Source of the DNA: the human T2T-CHM13v2.0 reference genome, Homo sapiens
Length of the DNA stretch: 64,000 nucleotides
Reading direction: 5' to 3' (one strand)
NCBI RefSeq assembly: GCF_009914755.1
Contig: NC_060932.1
A program made the translations under genes and the position numbers. Within the stretch, counting starts at the first letter, position 1. Each line of letters opens with the position of its first letter. The notes beneath the pieces were generated by a model. It was not told the DNA's origin. It worked only from the letters and a program-made list of their open reading frames with translations, and did no database searches. This document shows, one piece after another, positions 44,141 to 59,092 of this stretch.

Positions 44141-44632
44141 GTAGACCTGCAGTGCAGTCCAGGAATCTGCCTGTTTAAAACAAGTCCCTCCTATCATGAC
44201 TGTAGAGGCTGGGCCGACCACACTCACAGACAGTCCCGTCCTCAGCCACCCATGCATAAATCCCAAAGAGACAAGGCAGTCTTTTTGCTAAGATGTTCTG
44301 GCTTCAGGTCCTTGCTCTGCTGCTTTGCAGCCACCTGACTTCTGACGGTTTCCCTCTCTGACATCAATGTTCTCATCAGTACAATGAGAAAGTTGAGTTA
44401 CAGCAGTATTTTCCAACTAGCCTCTATGGAACCTGAGGGGTTCCACGTTGGACACCCATCTGCATCAATCAATTTAGCTCATATTCATTGAATGTTTGCT
44501 GGATGTCAGTCCCTGGACTAGGTGGTGGGCATGAAGTGGCATACCAGATGGGCACTGTGTGTTCTTCAGAGGGCTGACGTTGTAGGAGAAAAGGCCAGGA
44601 ATTACAAAATCAATGAATAATTATCATTATGG

Positions 44633-44915
<283 letters not shown>

Positions 44916-44995
44916 TCATCATCATTATGAAAGATGCTTCAAAGGAGAAGCACTAGGTGCTGTGAGAAAAGGTAAGAAAGGTAAGAGACAACGAA

Positions 44996-45402
44996 TGTCT
45001 TCATTCATTTCTGCTGCTATAACGAAAGTATCCTAGACTGGGTCATTTATAAACAACATAAATTTATTTTTCACAGTTCTGGAGGCTGCAAAGTACAAGA
45101 TCAAGGCAATGACAAACTCATTGTCTGGCAAGGGCCTGCTTTCTGGATCATGGATGGTGTCATATAGGTGTCCTCACATGGTGGAAGAGATGAGACAGAC
45201 TCTGTGTCCTCATACGGTGTAAGGGACATAGGGACACACTCACTCCCTAAAGTCCTTTTGTAAGGGCATTGATCCCATCCAGGAGGTGCCATCTTCACAG
45301 CCTATTCACCTCCCAGAGACCCTACCTTATAATACCATCACCTTGGGTTTCAAGTTCCGACACATGAAATTTACTGGGACACACACAGCACAAAGCACAG
45401 CA
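44996..45402 (-). mobile_element. MLT1A/MST-type LTR
   Basis: CTGCTATAAC..AATTTATTTTTCACAGTTCTGGAGGCTG..TAATACCATCACCTTGGG. Confidence 0.8.
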
Positions 45403-45419
45403 GCAAAGATAGCTGAAAT

Positions 45420-45422
45420 TGT

Positions 45423-45462
<40 letters not shown>
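45420..45462. repeat. (TG)n microsatellite
   Basis: Direct read of the sequence. Confidence 0.93.
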
Positions 45463-45465
<3 letters not shown>

Positions 45466-45922
45466 TCTGCTTGGGTTGCCATTTGGACAAACTGTTCTCA
45501 GGATGGAAAACACTGGCTTAGGTGCTCTCTAAGGGCCCTTGCAACTGGAAACCTTGCAACTGGTAAAATCATAGAAGGACATTATAGTCCTATGATTTTA
45601 CCTGTAAGTACAGTCATTTAGTCAGAATGCAATTACTGGATTTTACATCTGTCTAAGACCCCAAGGTTACCACCTTCATTCTTGAAAATAAATTATGGGG
45701 CTCTTTAGGGATCAAAAATGTTCTATATCATACTTTGATGGCATTCAAAACTTAGCACTTTAACCTGGGAGATTGAGTGAGAGATCAGAAAAGGAAAACT
45801 GAAATGCAGCCCTGCTTGGCACCGGAAGCTGCAGAGCACAGAGGATGGGGATGAGGACTCTGGGCTCAGACATGTGTTGTTGAGCAGCTCACCAGATGTG
45901 CTGGCCAAGTGATTTACATTTC

Positions 45923-46214
45923 TTTTTTTTTTGAGATGGAGTCTCCCACTGTTACCCAGGCTGGAGGGCAGTGGCATGATCTCGGCTCACTGAAACCTCT
46001 CCCTCCTGGGTTCAAGCAATTCTCCTGCCTCAGCCTCCTGAGTAGCTAGAATTACAGGCATGCACCATGATGCCTGGCTAATTTTTGTATTTTTAGTAGA
46101 GATAGGGTTTCACCATGTTGGTCAGGCTGGTCTCAAACTCCTGACCTCAGATGATCCAGCTGCCTCGGTCTCCCAAAGTGCTGGGATTATAGGCATGAAC
46201 CACCATGCCCCGCC
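45923..46214 (-). mobile_element. Alu (first of a tandem pair)
   Basis: Reverse dimer. Confidence 0.95.
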
Positions 46215-46230
46215 AACTGATTTACATTTC

Positions 46231-46533
46231 TTTCTTTTTTTTTTTTTTTTTGAGATAGAGTTTCACTCTGTCACCCAGGCTGGAGTGCAGTGGTCTAATC
46301 TTGGCTCACTGCAACTTCTGCCTCCTGGACTCAGTTGATTCTCCCGCCCCAGCCTCATGAGTAGCTGGGATTACAGGCATGCTCCACCACGCTCAGTTAA
46401 TTTGTGTATTTTTAGTGGAGATGGGGTTTCACCATGTTGTCCAGGCTGGTCTGGAGCTCCTGACCTCAAGTGATCTACCCACCTAAGCCTCCCAAAATGC
46501 TGGTATTACAGGCGTGAGTCACCGTGTCCAGCG
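46231..46533 (-). mobile_element. Alu (second of a tandem pair)
   Basis: Reverse dimer. Confidence 0.95.
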
Positions 46534-46850
46534 GTGATTTATATTTCTGAGTCTTCAGATTTACAACTGCAGAATGGGCATCTGGTACTGGCCTCAGTCA
46601 TTTTAAGAAAGATTACATAGAAAAAGTTACTAGCTCAGTGCCAGATAGTAAGCACTCAATAAGTGATGGTTATTACTAATTTTAGCATCTTTCTTACATG
46701 TGCTATGCTTGTCAGCATATCTGCAAATGTTTTATAAAGGAGAATGGAAAATTACATCGTTTGAGAGTTGCCCAGTATCAGAAATCTGTCAGGCCAACTG
46801 CATCTCTCTGGGGAAGAAAGCCCTGTAATTCTTTTTAACAATATGTGCCC

Positions 46851-47320
<470 letters not shown>

Positions 47321-47369
47321 TCAAAAAGAATGAAGTTGACACCCATATATGTTGTTGAAACATAAAAGG

Positions 47370-47678
47370 GGGTCAGGCGCAGTGGCTCACACCTGTAATC
47401 CCAGCACTGTGGAAGGCTGAGGTGGGCAGATCACTTGAGGCCAGGAGTTTAAGACTAGCCTGGCCAACATGGTAAAACCCTGTCTCTACTAAAAATACAA
47501 AAATGAGCCGGGCATGGTGGTGCGGGCCTGTAGTCTCAGCTATTCAGGAGGCTGAGGCAGTAGAATTGCTTGAACCTGGGAGGTGGAGGTTGCAGCGAGC
47601 CAAGGTCACGCCACTGCACTCCAACCTAGGTGACAGAGTGAGACCCCGTCTTAAGAAAAAAAAAAAAGAAAAAGAAAA
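47370..47678 (+). mobile_element. Alu
   Basis: Full dimer. Confidence 0.95.
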
Positions 47679-47894
47679 GAGGTCTGGAAAAAATTTTATG
47701 TGGATATCTTGCAGTTTAATAGGTTAACTTTCTTTGAGACTAAACCTTCAAATCTTTTCCTTTTCCTTTTTTTTTTTTTTTTTTTGATAATTAAAACCAT
47801 ACAGAGAACGTCCAAGCTAAGGAGTACTTCTATCACTTAATGGTTTGTGGAATGAAGCTGCCTGTAGGAACTTGGGCGAGATGTTTAGCCTTAG

Positions 47895-48198
<304 letters not shown>

Positions 48199-49750
48199 GC
48201 CTTAGCTTTCTTGTCTTTAAAATGGGAATGATGCTAGAATGAATCTTCTAAGACTGTTGCAAAATTCAGTAAGGTGATGTATTAAATGAGCCAGATGCAA
48301 AGTAAGTGCTCAGTAAGTTAGCCAACTTACTAAAAATAGCTATTACTATTTTTTGGTGTATGATTTACCAAATATTCTGGTGTTGACTTACAAATTTTGA
48401 ACTGCAAACTCATACAAAATATAAAATAATGTTAGCTTCTTGCCTTGAATGATCTGCATTTAATGATTCTGGAGGCAGCTAAATTGACCTTGAAGTTACC
48501 TTGGGAGCTATGTTCCCAGTTTTAGGAGATGTGATATCCTGCCACTGATTTTGGATACCAATAAGGTAAAACCGTTTAAGTCATTAAGGTGCCTTAGGAC
48601 TGTGTTCTATGGCCAGACATGGGGAGAAGGCTGAATTGTATCAAGCAGTCAAACAGCTCACTAGTGAACAATCCTGTGGGGAGTGGGAGAATTTCATCTC
48701 TACAAATCATGTGATAGTGTCTGCAGCCATTAGGATTAAGTTTTGCTGCAGAAAATTCAAAATAAGAGTGTCTTAATTAGATAGAAGTTAATTTATTCCT
48801 TTTATAAGTCTTGGTAAACAAGGCTGGTATGGCATTCTACAGTTCCAGGGACTCAGGGTTCATCCACCTTGTTGTTTTGCAATAGTAAATAATAAATACT
48901 ATTCATCCCCAAGTTTACCTCATAGTCCAAAGTTGGCTGCTGTAGCTCCAGCAATCAAATCTTTATTCCAGGCAGAAAGAGAGAGAAGAACATGATCTTT
49001 ACCTTTCATGGCATTTTTTACAGATTGCTCACAACACTACTTCTTACATTTCACCCCTCAGTCTTCTCCTAGTTGCCTAGTTGCAAGCAATGCTGGTATA
49101 TCTAGCCTTTATCCCAGGAACATATGTGCCGAGGAGAACTGGCATTTAGGGGACAATTAGCAGTCTGTGCTTCAGGGTAAAAGGGGTTAGATTACTAAAC
49201 TTAGATCAGGGCCAATGGTGCAAAAACTAGTTTCATCTATAATGTGTGGACTTGGAGTTTCTTGTTGCCTTAGTAACTAGAAGTAACTAGAGAGAAGACT
49301 GAATATGCCCAACTGTGATGAAGAAAAAGTTGTTCTTACACCTTAGACCTTGTATTCTAGCAGAAAATCTCAGCCTGATAGATCATGAGTTCAGAATGAA
49401 ACTTTCTTGTGATATTAAACACAGCTTGTTTATCTTTTCACGCCGGAAAAGTTTAGGATTAATTATATAGAGAGATTAGAAAGTAAATCACAGAAATAAC
49501 ACTGTGCAGGAAATCAGCTTATGTTTGGTATTTGAGTTCTGTATAATTTTTTTAGAAAAGTTTTTGACATATTAGAGACAAATTAATCTTACAGTGGCCA
49601 TTTAAAATGTAACTGAGTAGTAATTTGATTTAGACATGCTTTTTCATTGAAAAAAATTCAGGAAAATGTTAGAAAAATTACTATGTTTGTTTAAAAGAAC
49701 TCAAGAGTCCTTCTACCTGTAAGCTTAGTTATTACTTTACCAGATTTTCA

Positions 49751-50011
49751 CCGGGCGCACGCATGCCTGTAATCCCAGCACTTTGGGAGTCTGACGCGGG
49801 CGGATCATCTGAGGTCAGGAGTTCGAGATCAGCCTGGTCAACATGGTGGAACCCCGTCTCTACTAAATATACAAAAATTAGGCAGGCATGGTGGCTTGCA
49901 TCCGTAGCTACTCAGGAGGCTGAGGCACGATAATTGCTTGGACCCAGGAGGCAGAGGTTGCAGTGAGCCGAGATTGTGCCACTGCACTCCAGCCTGGGTG
50001 AGAGAGTGAGA
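49751..50011 (+). mobile_element. AluS lacking its poly(A) tail
   Basis: Body ends at GAGTGAGA and abuts an inverted Alu. Confidence 0.93.
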
Positions 50012-50016
50012 TTTTG

Positions 50017-50286
50017 TCTCACTCTGTCTGCCAGGCTGGAGTGCAGTGGTGCAAACAAGGCTCACCAAAGCCTTGAACTCCTGGGCTCAAGTGATCCTCC
50101 CACCTCAGCCTCCTGAGTAACTGGGATCACAGGTGAGTGCCATTGTGCCCAGCTAATTTTGTAGAATTTTTTGTAGATGTGGGTCTTACCAAGTTGCCCA
50201 GACTGGTCTTGAACTCATGGGCTCAAGCATTCCTCCCACCTCAACCTCCTAAAGTGCTGGAATTATAGGCATGAGCCACTGTGCCT
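50017..50286 (-). mobile_element. AluJ lacking its poly(A) tail
   Basis: J-type GAACTCCTGGGCTCAAGTGATCCTCCCACCTCAGCCTCC. Confidence 0.9.
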
Positions 50287-50710
50287 ATCTGCTGTACCAG
50301 ATGTTTTGGCTACCTTTGCTTGTTACATCATTTTAAACGTTGGGGGCAATTTAATGAATTTAGTTGTTACCTGAACTCACCGCGTAAAGTTTATTTCAAC
50401 ATTGACCAAGAGACCTCTTGCAAGTAATGGTTAAAGCATCATCTATGTTTAAATGAATTTGCAAATTGAAGTTAAAACCTGAGGAAAAGTGGATTTCATG
50501 TTAATACATTTTTAGAAACCAACCTTAAATATTTTTTCTGTGTGTAAAAGCTGCCCTCATAGATAATAACATATTTAAACTCACACTGACAACTTCACTT
50601 TTATCTTTATTTGTTTATAAACAAACTAAAAGGGCTCTGGGGATAATTTCTTTATTGTCTATTAGGGGAACTCTTATTTGTTTATTTGTTTGTTGTTCCA
50701 AGATAAATCT

Positions 50711-51002
50711 AGGCTGGCTCACACCTGTAATCCCAGCACTTTGGGAGGCCGAGGCAGGTGGATCATCTGAGGTCAGGAGTTCGAGACCCACCTGGCCAAC
50801 ATGGTGAAACCCCATCTGTACTAAAAATACAAAAATTAGCCGGGAGTAGTGGCGAGTGCTTGTAGTCTCAGCTACTCAGGAGGCTGAGGCAGGAGAATCA
50901 CTTTAACCTAGGTAGTGGAGGTTGCAGTGAGCCAAGATTGCACCACTGCACTCCATTCTGGGCAACAGAGCAAGACTGCATCTCAAAAAATTAAATAAAT
51001 AA
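50711..51002 (+). mobile_element. Alu
   Basis: Dimer; TAAATCTA flanks both ends. Confidence 0.94.
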
Positions 51003-51229
51003 GGTAAATCTAATGTGAAATCTTGCGTTTGGCCTTTGTTTTGAGAAGTGACCCTCCCCCATTCCAAGTCATTTGGGAAACCTGTCAGGCAAGAGACTCC
51101 CCTTCCTCAGTTGCAGGGTGGCAGGTGTCCCCAGCCAGGTATATCCTCCGTGCCACTTCCTTGAAGAGCCTGTGCTTTATTTCCTTCTACCTAGATCACT
51201 AGCCTTTACCTTCTTGCTTCCAGTTTTTA

Positions 51230-51450
51230 GCATAGTAGTAAGAAGTATTGATTCAGAAACCAGATTCTGTGTGTTCAAATCACATCTCTGATGCTTCTTC
51301 ACTGTGTGACCTTGGGTTTGTTACTTAACTTCTCTGAGTCTCAGTTTTCTCATCTATAAAATCAGGATCATAATAGTATCCTCTGTCTAGTATTTTTGTA
51401 AGAGTAAGTTAATACATGTAAAACTCTTAGAATAACAACTGCTACACAGG
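51230..51450 (+). mobile_element. MIR, near full length
   Basis: CTGTGTGACCTTGGG..TTACTTAACTTCTCTGAGTCTCAGTTTTCTCATCTATAAAAT. Confidence 0.85.
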
Positions 51451-52044
51451 AGATGTATTATTATTATTATTGTTATTATTATTGTTATTATTATTTATCA
51501 TTACCATTTTTATTATTAAGACCTAGTTGCTGAGGTTTTCTTTCAATTTTGTAAATGTCTTTTTGCCTCTTTTTTAAACTAGGGTTGGTTTCTTTTCCTT
51601 GTAAGCAAAGTCTTCTGGGTGTAGCAAGCCTAGTGTAAAAGAAGGTGTCCTCAGTGCAGGAAGAGAAAGGCCTGGCCTCACCTCATTGACCTCCCTTTAC
51701 CTGCTGCAGTTTAAGATCACGGATCAGGGGCCACCAACTAACACAGTTCAAGACCCACTGCCTTCAATTATGATAAGAGATCCTTCTTGGTTTAGAGGCT
51801 CTGACTTCTTTCTCCAGTTACCTCTGTGGGCCTGGGCCACAGGGTCATGTGCAGAAGAGTGACTTCACACTTTGGACAAATAGCCAAGGAGGACCTATGA
51901 TGTTCACAAGAATCGCTGATTAAAACAAGGAACTAAACTCGTAATTTTACAATACATTCAACAAGGCCAATTTAAAATGAAGGAAGGGGGAGAGAAGGAG
52001 AACAGCACCAGCACCATCACCTCCTCCTCCGGACTACCTAGCTG

Positions 52045-52130
52045 TGACGCAATCACAGCTCATTGCAGCCTCAACCTCCCAGGATGAAACGATCCTCCCA
52101 CCTTAGCCTCCCCAGTAGCTGGGACCACAG
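52045..52130 (-). mobile_element. AluJ/FLAM fragment
   Basis: CAATCACAGCTCATTGCAGCCTCAACCTCC..GTAGCTGGGACCACAG. Confidence 0.8.
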
Positions 52131-53613
52131 CTAGGTGTTGTAGTTTAACATGTTCTTCTATGACCCCTCTCATCTGTGGACTGAAGGTGACAACTCCTCA
52201 GCAGGATGCTCACAGACCTCCACGGACTGCCCTTGCCACCTCTCCACTTCAAATCTTTCTCCTCTTCTCTCCTCCCATCAGATTTCATGTTCCAGCAACA
52301 CCAGCCTCCTACTACATCCTATCGATTCCATGTTCTCTCATGCCTCCATACCTTATGCATTTCCTTTCCTTCTTGCTCTCTTGGCCATTTGGCAATACCT
52401 ACTTCTCCTCAAGCCTCAGCTTCCATGCTATTTTTCCTGGAAACTGTCCCCAACTTCCCCAGGCCTGCCATTGAATTGCTTCCTCTACAGCCCATTTGCA
52501 CCTGGTACATAACTCCGTTTTTACAAGCAGTAGAAGTGACCTCCTTGAGAACAGACTGTCAACCTAGTCCCTGACACAGACCCAGTGGTCTTGAATATTT
52601 CCCAAATGTAATCTTCCCCAGACCACACTGTTCCTCTCTGACATGCTTTTCTTTCCTGGGCCTGGCTGGTAGATCATTATTCTAGCTGGGTTGGTTATTG
52701 GTGTAAGTATTGGTTTGATTTCTGCATCTCCTCTTAAAGGGATGCTCCATGAGGACACAGCCTGTCTTATTTATTTTTTTTAATAGCTGGTTCCCCGGTG
52801 CCTAACGTGAGTGACTTAAGAAGATGCTCAAATGAAGCTGATTTAAATAGAATAACAAATTTATCCACTCACATATTTGCATATCTCTGTAAATGCAGGC
52901 CCACTGTGGCCTTAAATAAAAAGGCAATCTCAGCCAAATAGATGGGCTGTCATGTTCTGCTCGCCCCAACGTGAGGGACTGTCTGAGCTTTCCCTGGAAG
53001 CAGAAGCCTGTTACTTGAAATCTGTAGATGCCGGGGTTTGGTGTCAAGGTGAAATGATTCTGATACCCGTGAGCAATGTATCTGGTACTGTGATACCAAG
53101 GTGAAAAGAAAGCTTGTCAATGTCACCCTGGGGACAGTGTGACAGTGTCAAAACAAAATCATGGCAAATGCCGTTAGCTTGGACTGAAGGAACATGATAG
53201 GATGCGCACAGAAACGGGACCCAAGACAGAGAGACGACATTATGGGTGCGCGGCTCTCTTGCTCAGTCCCTGCACCCATGACCTCTCAGCATCTTCCCCT
53301 TCTAAACCGACAGACGAAGTCAAAGGCTCTGAAATTCTCCAATGGCGGTTCTTCTATGAAGGTGACAAAAGAAACCATAGATTGTTTATTTTATGCAATT
53401 GTTTCTTTAATAAAATATGAAGTGTTTTATGATAACAGACAGCATCTTGCAAAAAAAAAAAAACTAATTAAAAAATTCACTTCTTTATCCAAAATTGTTA
53501 GGGAAGCTGCAACAGCCACATGGGGTCCTGGGCTGGGTACCCACAATGTGCCAGATTTAACACGCAGCCTGGCAGGCAGGGAAACAAGCAAGTGGATTCT
53601 AATCCAAATAGCA

Positions 53614-53910
53614 TTTTCTTTTTTCTTGAGACAGGGTCTTGCTCTGTCATGTGGGCAGATATGCAGTGGTTCAGTCATGACTACAGCCTCCAACTGCTGG
53701 GCTCAGGCAATCTTCCTGCCTCGGCCTCCTGAGTAGCTGGGACCACAGGCATTGCCACCATGCCCAGCTCATTTTTGTGCTTGATGTAGAGATGAGTTCT
53801 CCCTATGTTGTCCATGTATTGGTTGGTCTCAAACTTCTGGCCTCAAGGGATCCTCCTGTCTCAGCATCCCAAAGTGCTGATCTTACAGCCATGAGCCACT
53901 ACACCTAGCC
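53614..53910 (-). mobile_element. AluJ
   Basis: Diverged reverse dimer. Confidence 0.88.
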
Positions 53911-55996
53911 TGTGTGTTATTCTTTATTCAGACCTTTATAATGCAGCACAAGTATGAATCCATCTCATTTCACACATCTGCCCCAGACCATTTGTGTTTT
54001 TATAATTGTGATTTGTCAAATATGCAGAAGGATACCCCTTCCATAATCTAAAAATTGCCAAGAATGCAACCAGCCTTGCTATTTACATCTTCAACACCAA
54101 AGCTTAGGTATCTCCAGTCTTACTTAATCAGTGGGTTCTGTACTGCAAAGAAGGGCTTTTGACTCAACCAGATCCAAGTTTATATCCTAACCCTTCAGTT
54201 CACTCTGCACCATGGACAAGCCACTTCACCTCTCTGATCCTCCTTTTTCTCATCTGTAAATTACAGGAGAATGCACCACAATGTCACAGAGCTCTTGCGA
54301 GGATTAATTATAGTATAATATTTCCAACCTTGAGACCATATATATAAGCTCTTCAGAATATTCCTGTGCCACAAAGGGGCCGAATTCATGTTAGTGCCTG
54401 GGTTATCCTTAGAATATCAAGGGTCAGAACTGGCAGATACTTGAACATTACTAATTCAGATCTGTCATTTTATTGCTGAAGAAACTGTGGCCCAGAGAAA
54501 CTCACTGACTTCCTCAGAGTCCTGCCTATAAATTCAAGGGAGTTGTTTGTTGATTTGTACATTTAATGAAGACGTAGATAATACTTACAGTGTATCAGAC
54601 AGTGTTCTAGGTGCTTTACAGATATTAGCACTTTTTAAATGCACAAAACCCCTATGACATTTAGGGTTATTATTGACACCTTGCTGATGAGGAAACTGAA
54701 GGTTAAGTAACTTGCTCAATTACAGGTTTGTAATTATTAAGAGGGATGCAAACCCAGGCAGTTGGTTCCAAATTCCGTGCGTTGAACTGGTTTCCACTCC
54801 TGTAATACTCACCATACCTCTTCAATATCCATCGACAGCCAAAGGCTCTCTTTTTCTCTCTCCTTCACCTTTCTTCCCTTCCTCTCTCTCTTTAGCCATC
54901 CCAATTAATGAGAGTAGAAATTACTTTGTTTTAGAATCTGTCTCAGCCTGGCTTTCCCAGAAAGCTGAGGCTAATGAAAACCTGACATGCTGCTACTTTA
55001 CCAGAGAGAATGATCCCAGAGAAGCTGGAGAGAGAGAGAGAAGGAGGTAGGCAGGGAAGGAAGGGGACAAATGAGAGGTCGTGTTACCAAGCTGGCCACA
55101 TTTGGTGCCAAGTGCACTGAGTGTTCTATCTCCTGGACTGTCTTCCAGGATGCTTAGGGACTACAGCACCTCGGAACAGACTGTGAAGGTGGGAGGAGGG
55201 AGGGAGCAGAATGTCTGTACTATTTCCCATCAGCCCTACTTCCCATCAGCCCACGGTTCTCCCCATGGACATTACCTTTCCTGCCCTGTCCAGGGTACTG
55301 GTGCACAGCCATGGCTGGGGGATGGGTGTCTCCCACTTCAGCAACCACAGAGAGATGGACCCCTTGAGAAGACTGTCATGGTAGTGGTGGGGGCGGGGGC
55401 CTGAGCCCATGCAGAGTTGGGGTGGAACAGCAACAGCTGGGGTGGCCAGGGTAGCGAGACAGGAGAAGCTGTGAGGAGCTGAGGGGACTCCTGGGGGAAG
55501 AGGGGGTCTGTTCCACCTGCCCTGTAGAGTGCAGAATCCTCTCGACATTCAGATCTGGCCAGGAGTTTTCAGTCCAGTGTATTCTCCTCATTCCAGTCAT
55601 ATCCTTAGGCTAATTGTCTGTAATTTGAGATGCATCTCTTAATTTCTATCACTTTTCCATTTATTACATGAAACAGTAAAAAGATCCAGTAAGAACATGA
55701 ATTGGAAAGGGACATGTCCAAGATTACACAACTGGTGGTAGAGCCAAAAGAAAAATCTAGCTGTTCCAGGGACCTGAGATAGTTTTCAAGCAGCATTTCA
55801 GAGTAAGAAACTTTTGACTGTCTCCAAGCCCACAGCTGAAGGAGCCCACAGGACAAACCACATGAGCCCATTTGCAAACAGACATTCACTCCCTCACATC
55901 CCTCCTGCACATCTGGAAGTACAAGCTCACAGTGAGTCAAGAAAATGACTTTTCTTTGTTCTCTAACATCTGAGCTGTCAAAAAAGGTTTTATACA

Positions 55997-56290
55997 TTTA
56001 TTTATTTATTTATTTATTTATTTGGACACAGTCTCACTCTGTTGCCCAGGCTGGTGTGCAGTGACACAATCACAGCTCACTGCAGCCTCAACCTCCCTGA
56101 AACAATCCTCCCACTTTAGCTTCTTCAATAACTGGGACCACAGGTGTGCACCACCACGCTGATATTTTTTTATAGAGATGGGGTCTCCCTGTGTTGTCCA
56201 GGCTGATCTTAAGCTCCTGGTCTCAAGCTATCCTCCTGCCTTGGTCTCCCTACATGCTGGGATTATAAGCATAAGCCACCTCACCTGGCC
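55997..56290 (-). mobile_element. AluJ with (TTTA)n tail
   Basis: Diverged reverse dimer. Confidence 0.9.
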
Positions 56291-57784
56291 ATGCACTCAA
56301 TTTATAACCCAATGTCCCTGCTTGAAGATGGGATCAGTGGATAATAAACACACCCCTGCTTTGCCTTACTGTGAAAGAGGTTAACTAATTATTCAAGATA
56401 TTTGGTAATTTTTGATAAAATGTATTATAAGAATAATAGTCGTTTTTTAAGTGCTTCTTAGTTCCCAGAGACCGTGCTGTATATCCATCAGAATGGTTAG
56501 CAATTTTTATGCAATTCTTATATTCCAAGCATTTCTCAATGTGGGGCGACATGTATGACCCATGCAACCTTCCAGACAGTCCTGGGAGACAGATTTGGTC
56601 GTGAATATCTCTATTTTACAGAGGAGGTAAATGAGGACAGAGAAGTTCAGTAACTTGCCCCACATCACACGACTGGTGGGAGGTGGAACTGTGATTACAG
56701 ACCAGGCATTTATTCTAGAATTTACCTTCTATACTTCTCCTCATTGCTTTTTAAGGCTCATGAGGATCCAAATTTGGCCCCTGTGCTGCCAAGTTGCAAT
56801 CTTGCCTGAAGGACAAAGTGCAAACTCTTTGTAGAATATACTACCCAGCCAGCCTCCCCAACCCCACCACCCCGTTTACCCTCTGCTCCCCCTGCCTGTG
56901 TCAGGAAAAGTACAATCCAACTCCTGAACCTGCTACATTCTAATTCCATGACCCTGAACAGTCATTTTCACCTCTCTGAGGCTCCGTCTCCTTATCTGCA
57001 GAAGGAGGAAAATCCCTTTCTTTAAGAGGGTCTTTCGAAGAGCGACAGGCATTGTGTGGATAACCCCTAACTCAGTTCCAGGAACACAGAGGCGTTTAGC
57101 CAATACCTGTTTTCTTCCCTTTCCTCTTCTGAACTTCTGAACTTGCAGTGAGATTACTTTGTTGTAACGTATCTGCCTTCCAAATGCCCCCAGCCAAAAT
57201 GCTTCTCTGCACTTTGCACATGCCAGGAGAGTCAGCACACTCTTATATTTATCAGGTCGTGTGTCCGTCCTTTTCTAGGGTTATTTAAGGTGAGGCTTCT
57301 GGTTTTACCCCTTTGTGACTGACTGCCCCATACCCAACATAGTTTCCGATAGATACAGAACTTAATAGCTAATGCCTGTTGAATGAAGTAGGAAACAACT
57401 GAAGACAATATGTTCTGGTCCATAATAGCAGCTCAGTAATTACTTGGTGGCTGGGATTTGACTCGATTAGATGTGAGCATGCCTGGATTGATCTCTAGGA
57501 GAACACAGTTGAGATGGATTGTTTTTTAGCTTTTCCTTGCTCAGTTCAACAAACATGGTATTACCAACCACAATGAGGCTGAAGCCGGCACAGGCAGGGG
57601 CTGATGAAAGACACGCAGCCCTGCCCTAATTTCTACACTTATTGTACCAGTTCTTCCAAACCCCTGCACAAATTAGCCACTTGAGGAGCATTTTAAATGA
57701 ATACACATTTGTCCATGTCCTTTGACCAGACTAACAGCTCAGCAGAAAAAACAACCAGGCAGTCTCTAAGATAAAAGGGATTTG

Positions 57785-58322
<538 letters not shown>

Positions 58323-59021
58323 AGTAGCATGGAAACAGTAGGCCTGCCTCGGCCTTCCACCTAAGGTTTTTAAACAGTTTTATGACAGCTTAACAAAGGT
58401 GTGCAATGGAGTATTTTACACTAAGCAGGAAGAAGGGGCCATGCCCGTCCTTCCATGATGTGTTCAAGCAGCTGGCACAAGGAGAAGTGAGACATGAAGA
58501 CTCTTTAGATGGAGTGCACCTTCTTGTTCCAACAGCCAGCCTGTCATCCCACTCATGAGCAGACAAAGGCATCCACATCAATTAGCATGATGAGCAAGTG
58601 TGGCAGGGAGGGGGAGGAAGGTGACAGAGGCTGATGTGCCCCCTCCATTGTGACCAATGGTGGACAGATGATTCCATGGAATCGAACTTAACTTGAATCA
58701 CTTTCAGGTAAAGAAGTAGACTTTCCAGCAGACTGTCTGAGCTTGTGTGTTCAAGTGGCAGAACTGAGTCCCCTCCTCTATGAAGCTGTCAATCATTCCA
58801 CACAGGAGTGCATGGCGATGGGAACAGACAATGCATGAAATGGCCTATGGTAGAAAGGTACATGGCAGGGACCTTTCTCCTTTGCATGACTGATACAGCA
58901 TGCACAAATCTTCAGTGGAGAGCTCAATGCATTTTAACACGTGTCTGTATCTACATAAAGAAATGTCACCTCAATCACATTATGCAACATTCCCAGCACC
59001 CTACACTGCTCCACTCTAGCA

Positions 59022-59092
59022 GTTCTGAGCTCAAGTGATCCACCTCGGCCTCCCAAAGTGCTGGGATTACAGATGTGAGTCACTGCGCCCAG
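59022..59092 (-). mobile_element. Alu 5' fragment
   Basis: CTCAAGTGATCCACCTCGGCCTCCCAAAGTGCTGGGATTACAG. Confidence 0.85.

Noticed and set aside
53194-53736. 180-aa plus-strand ORF
   Set aside because: It runs through poly(A) into an antisense AluJ and shows no recognisable homology.
55160-55182. REST/NRSE-like CAGCACCTCGGAACAG
   Set aside because: The right half is out of register with the canonical CAGCACC-NN-GGACAG.
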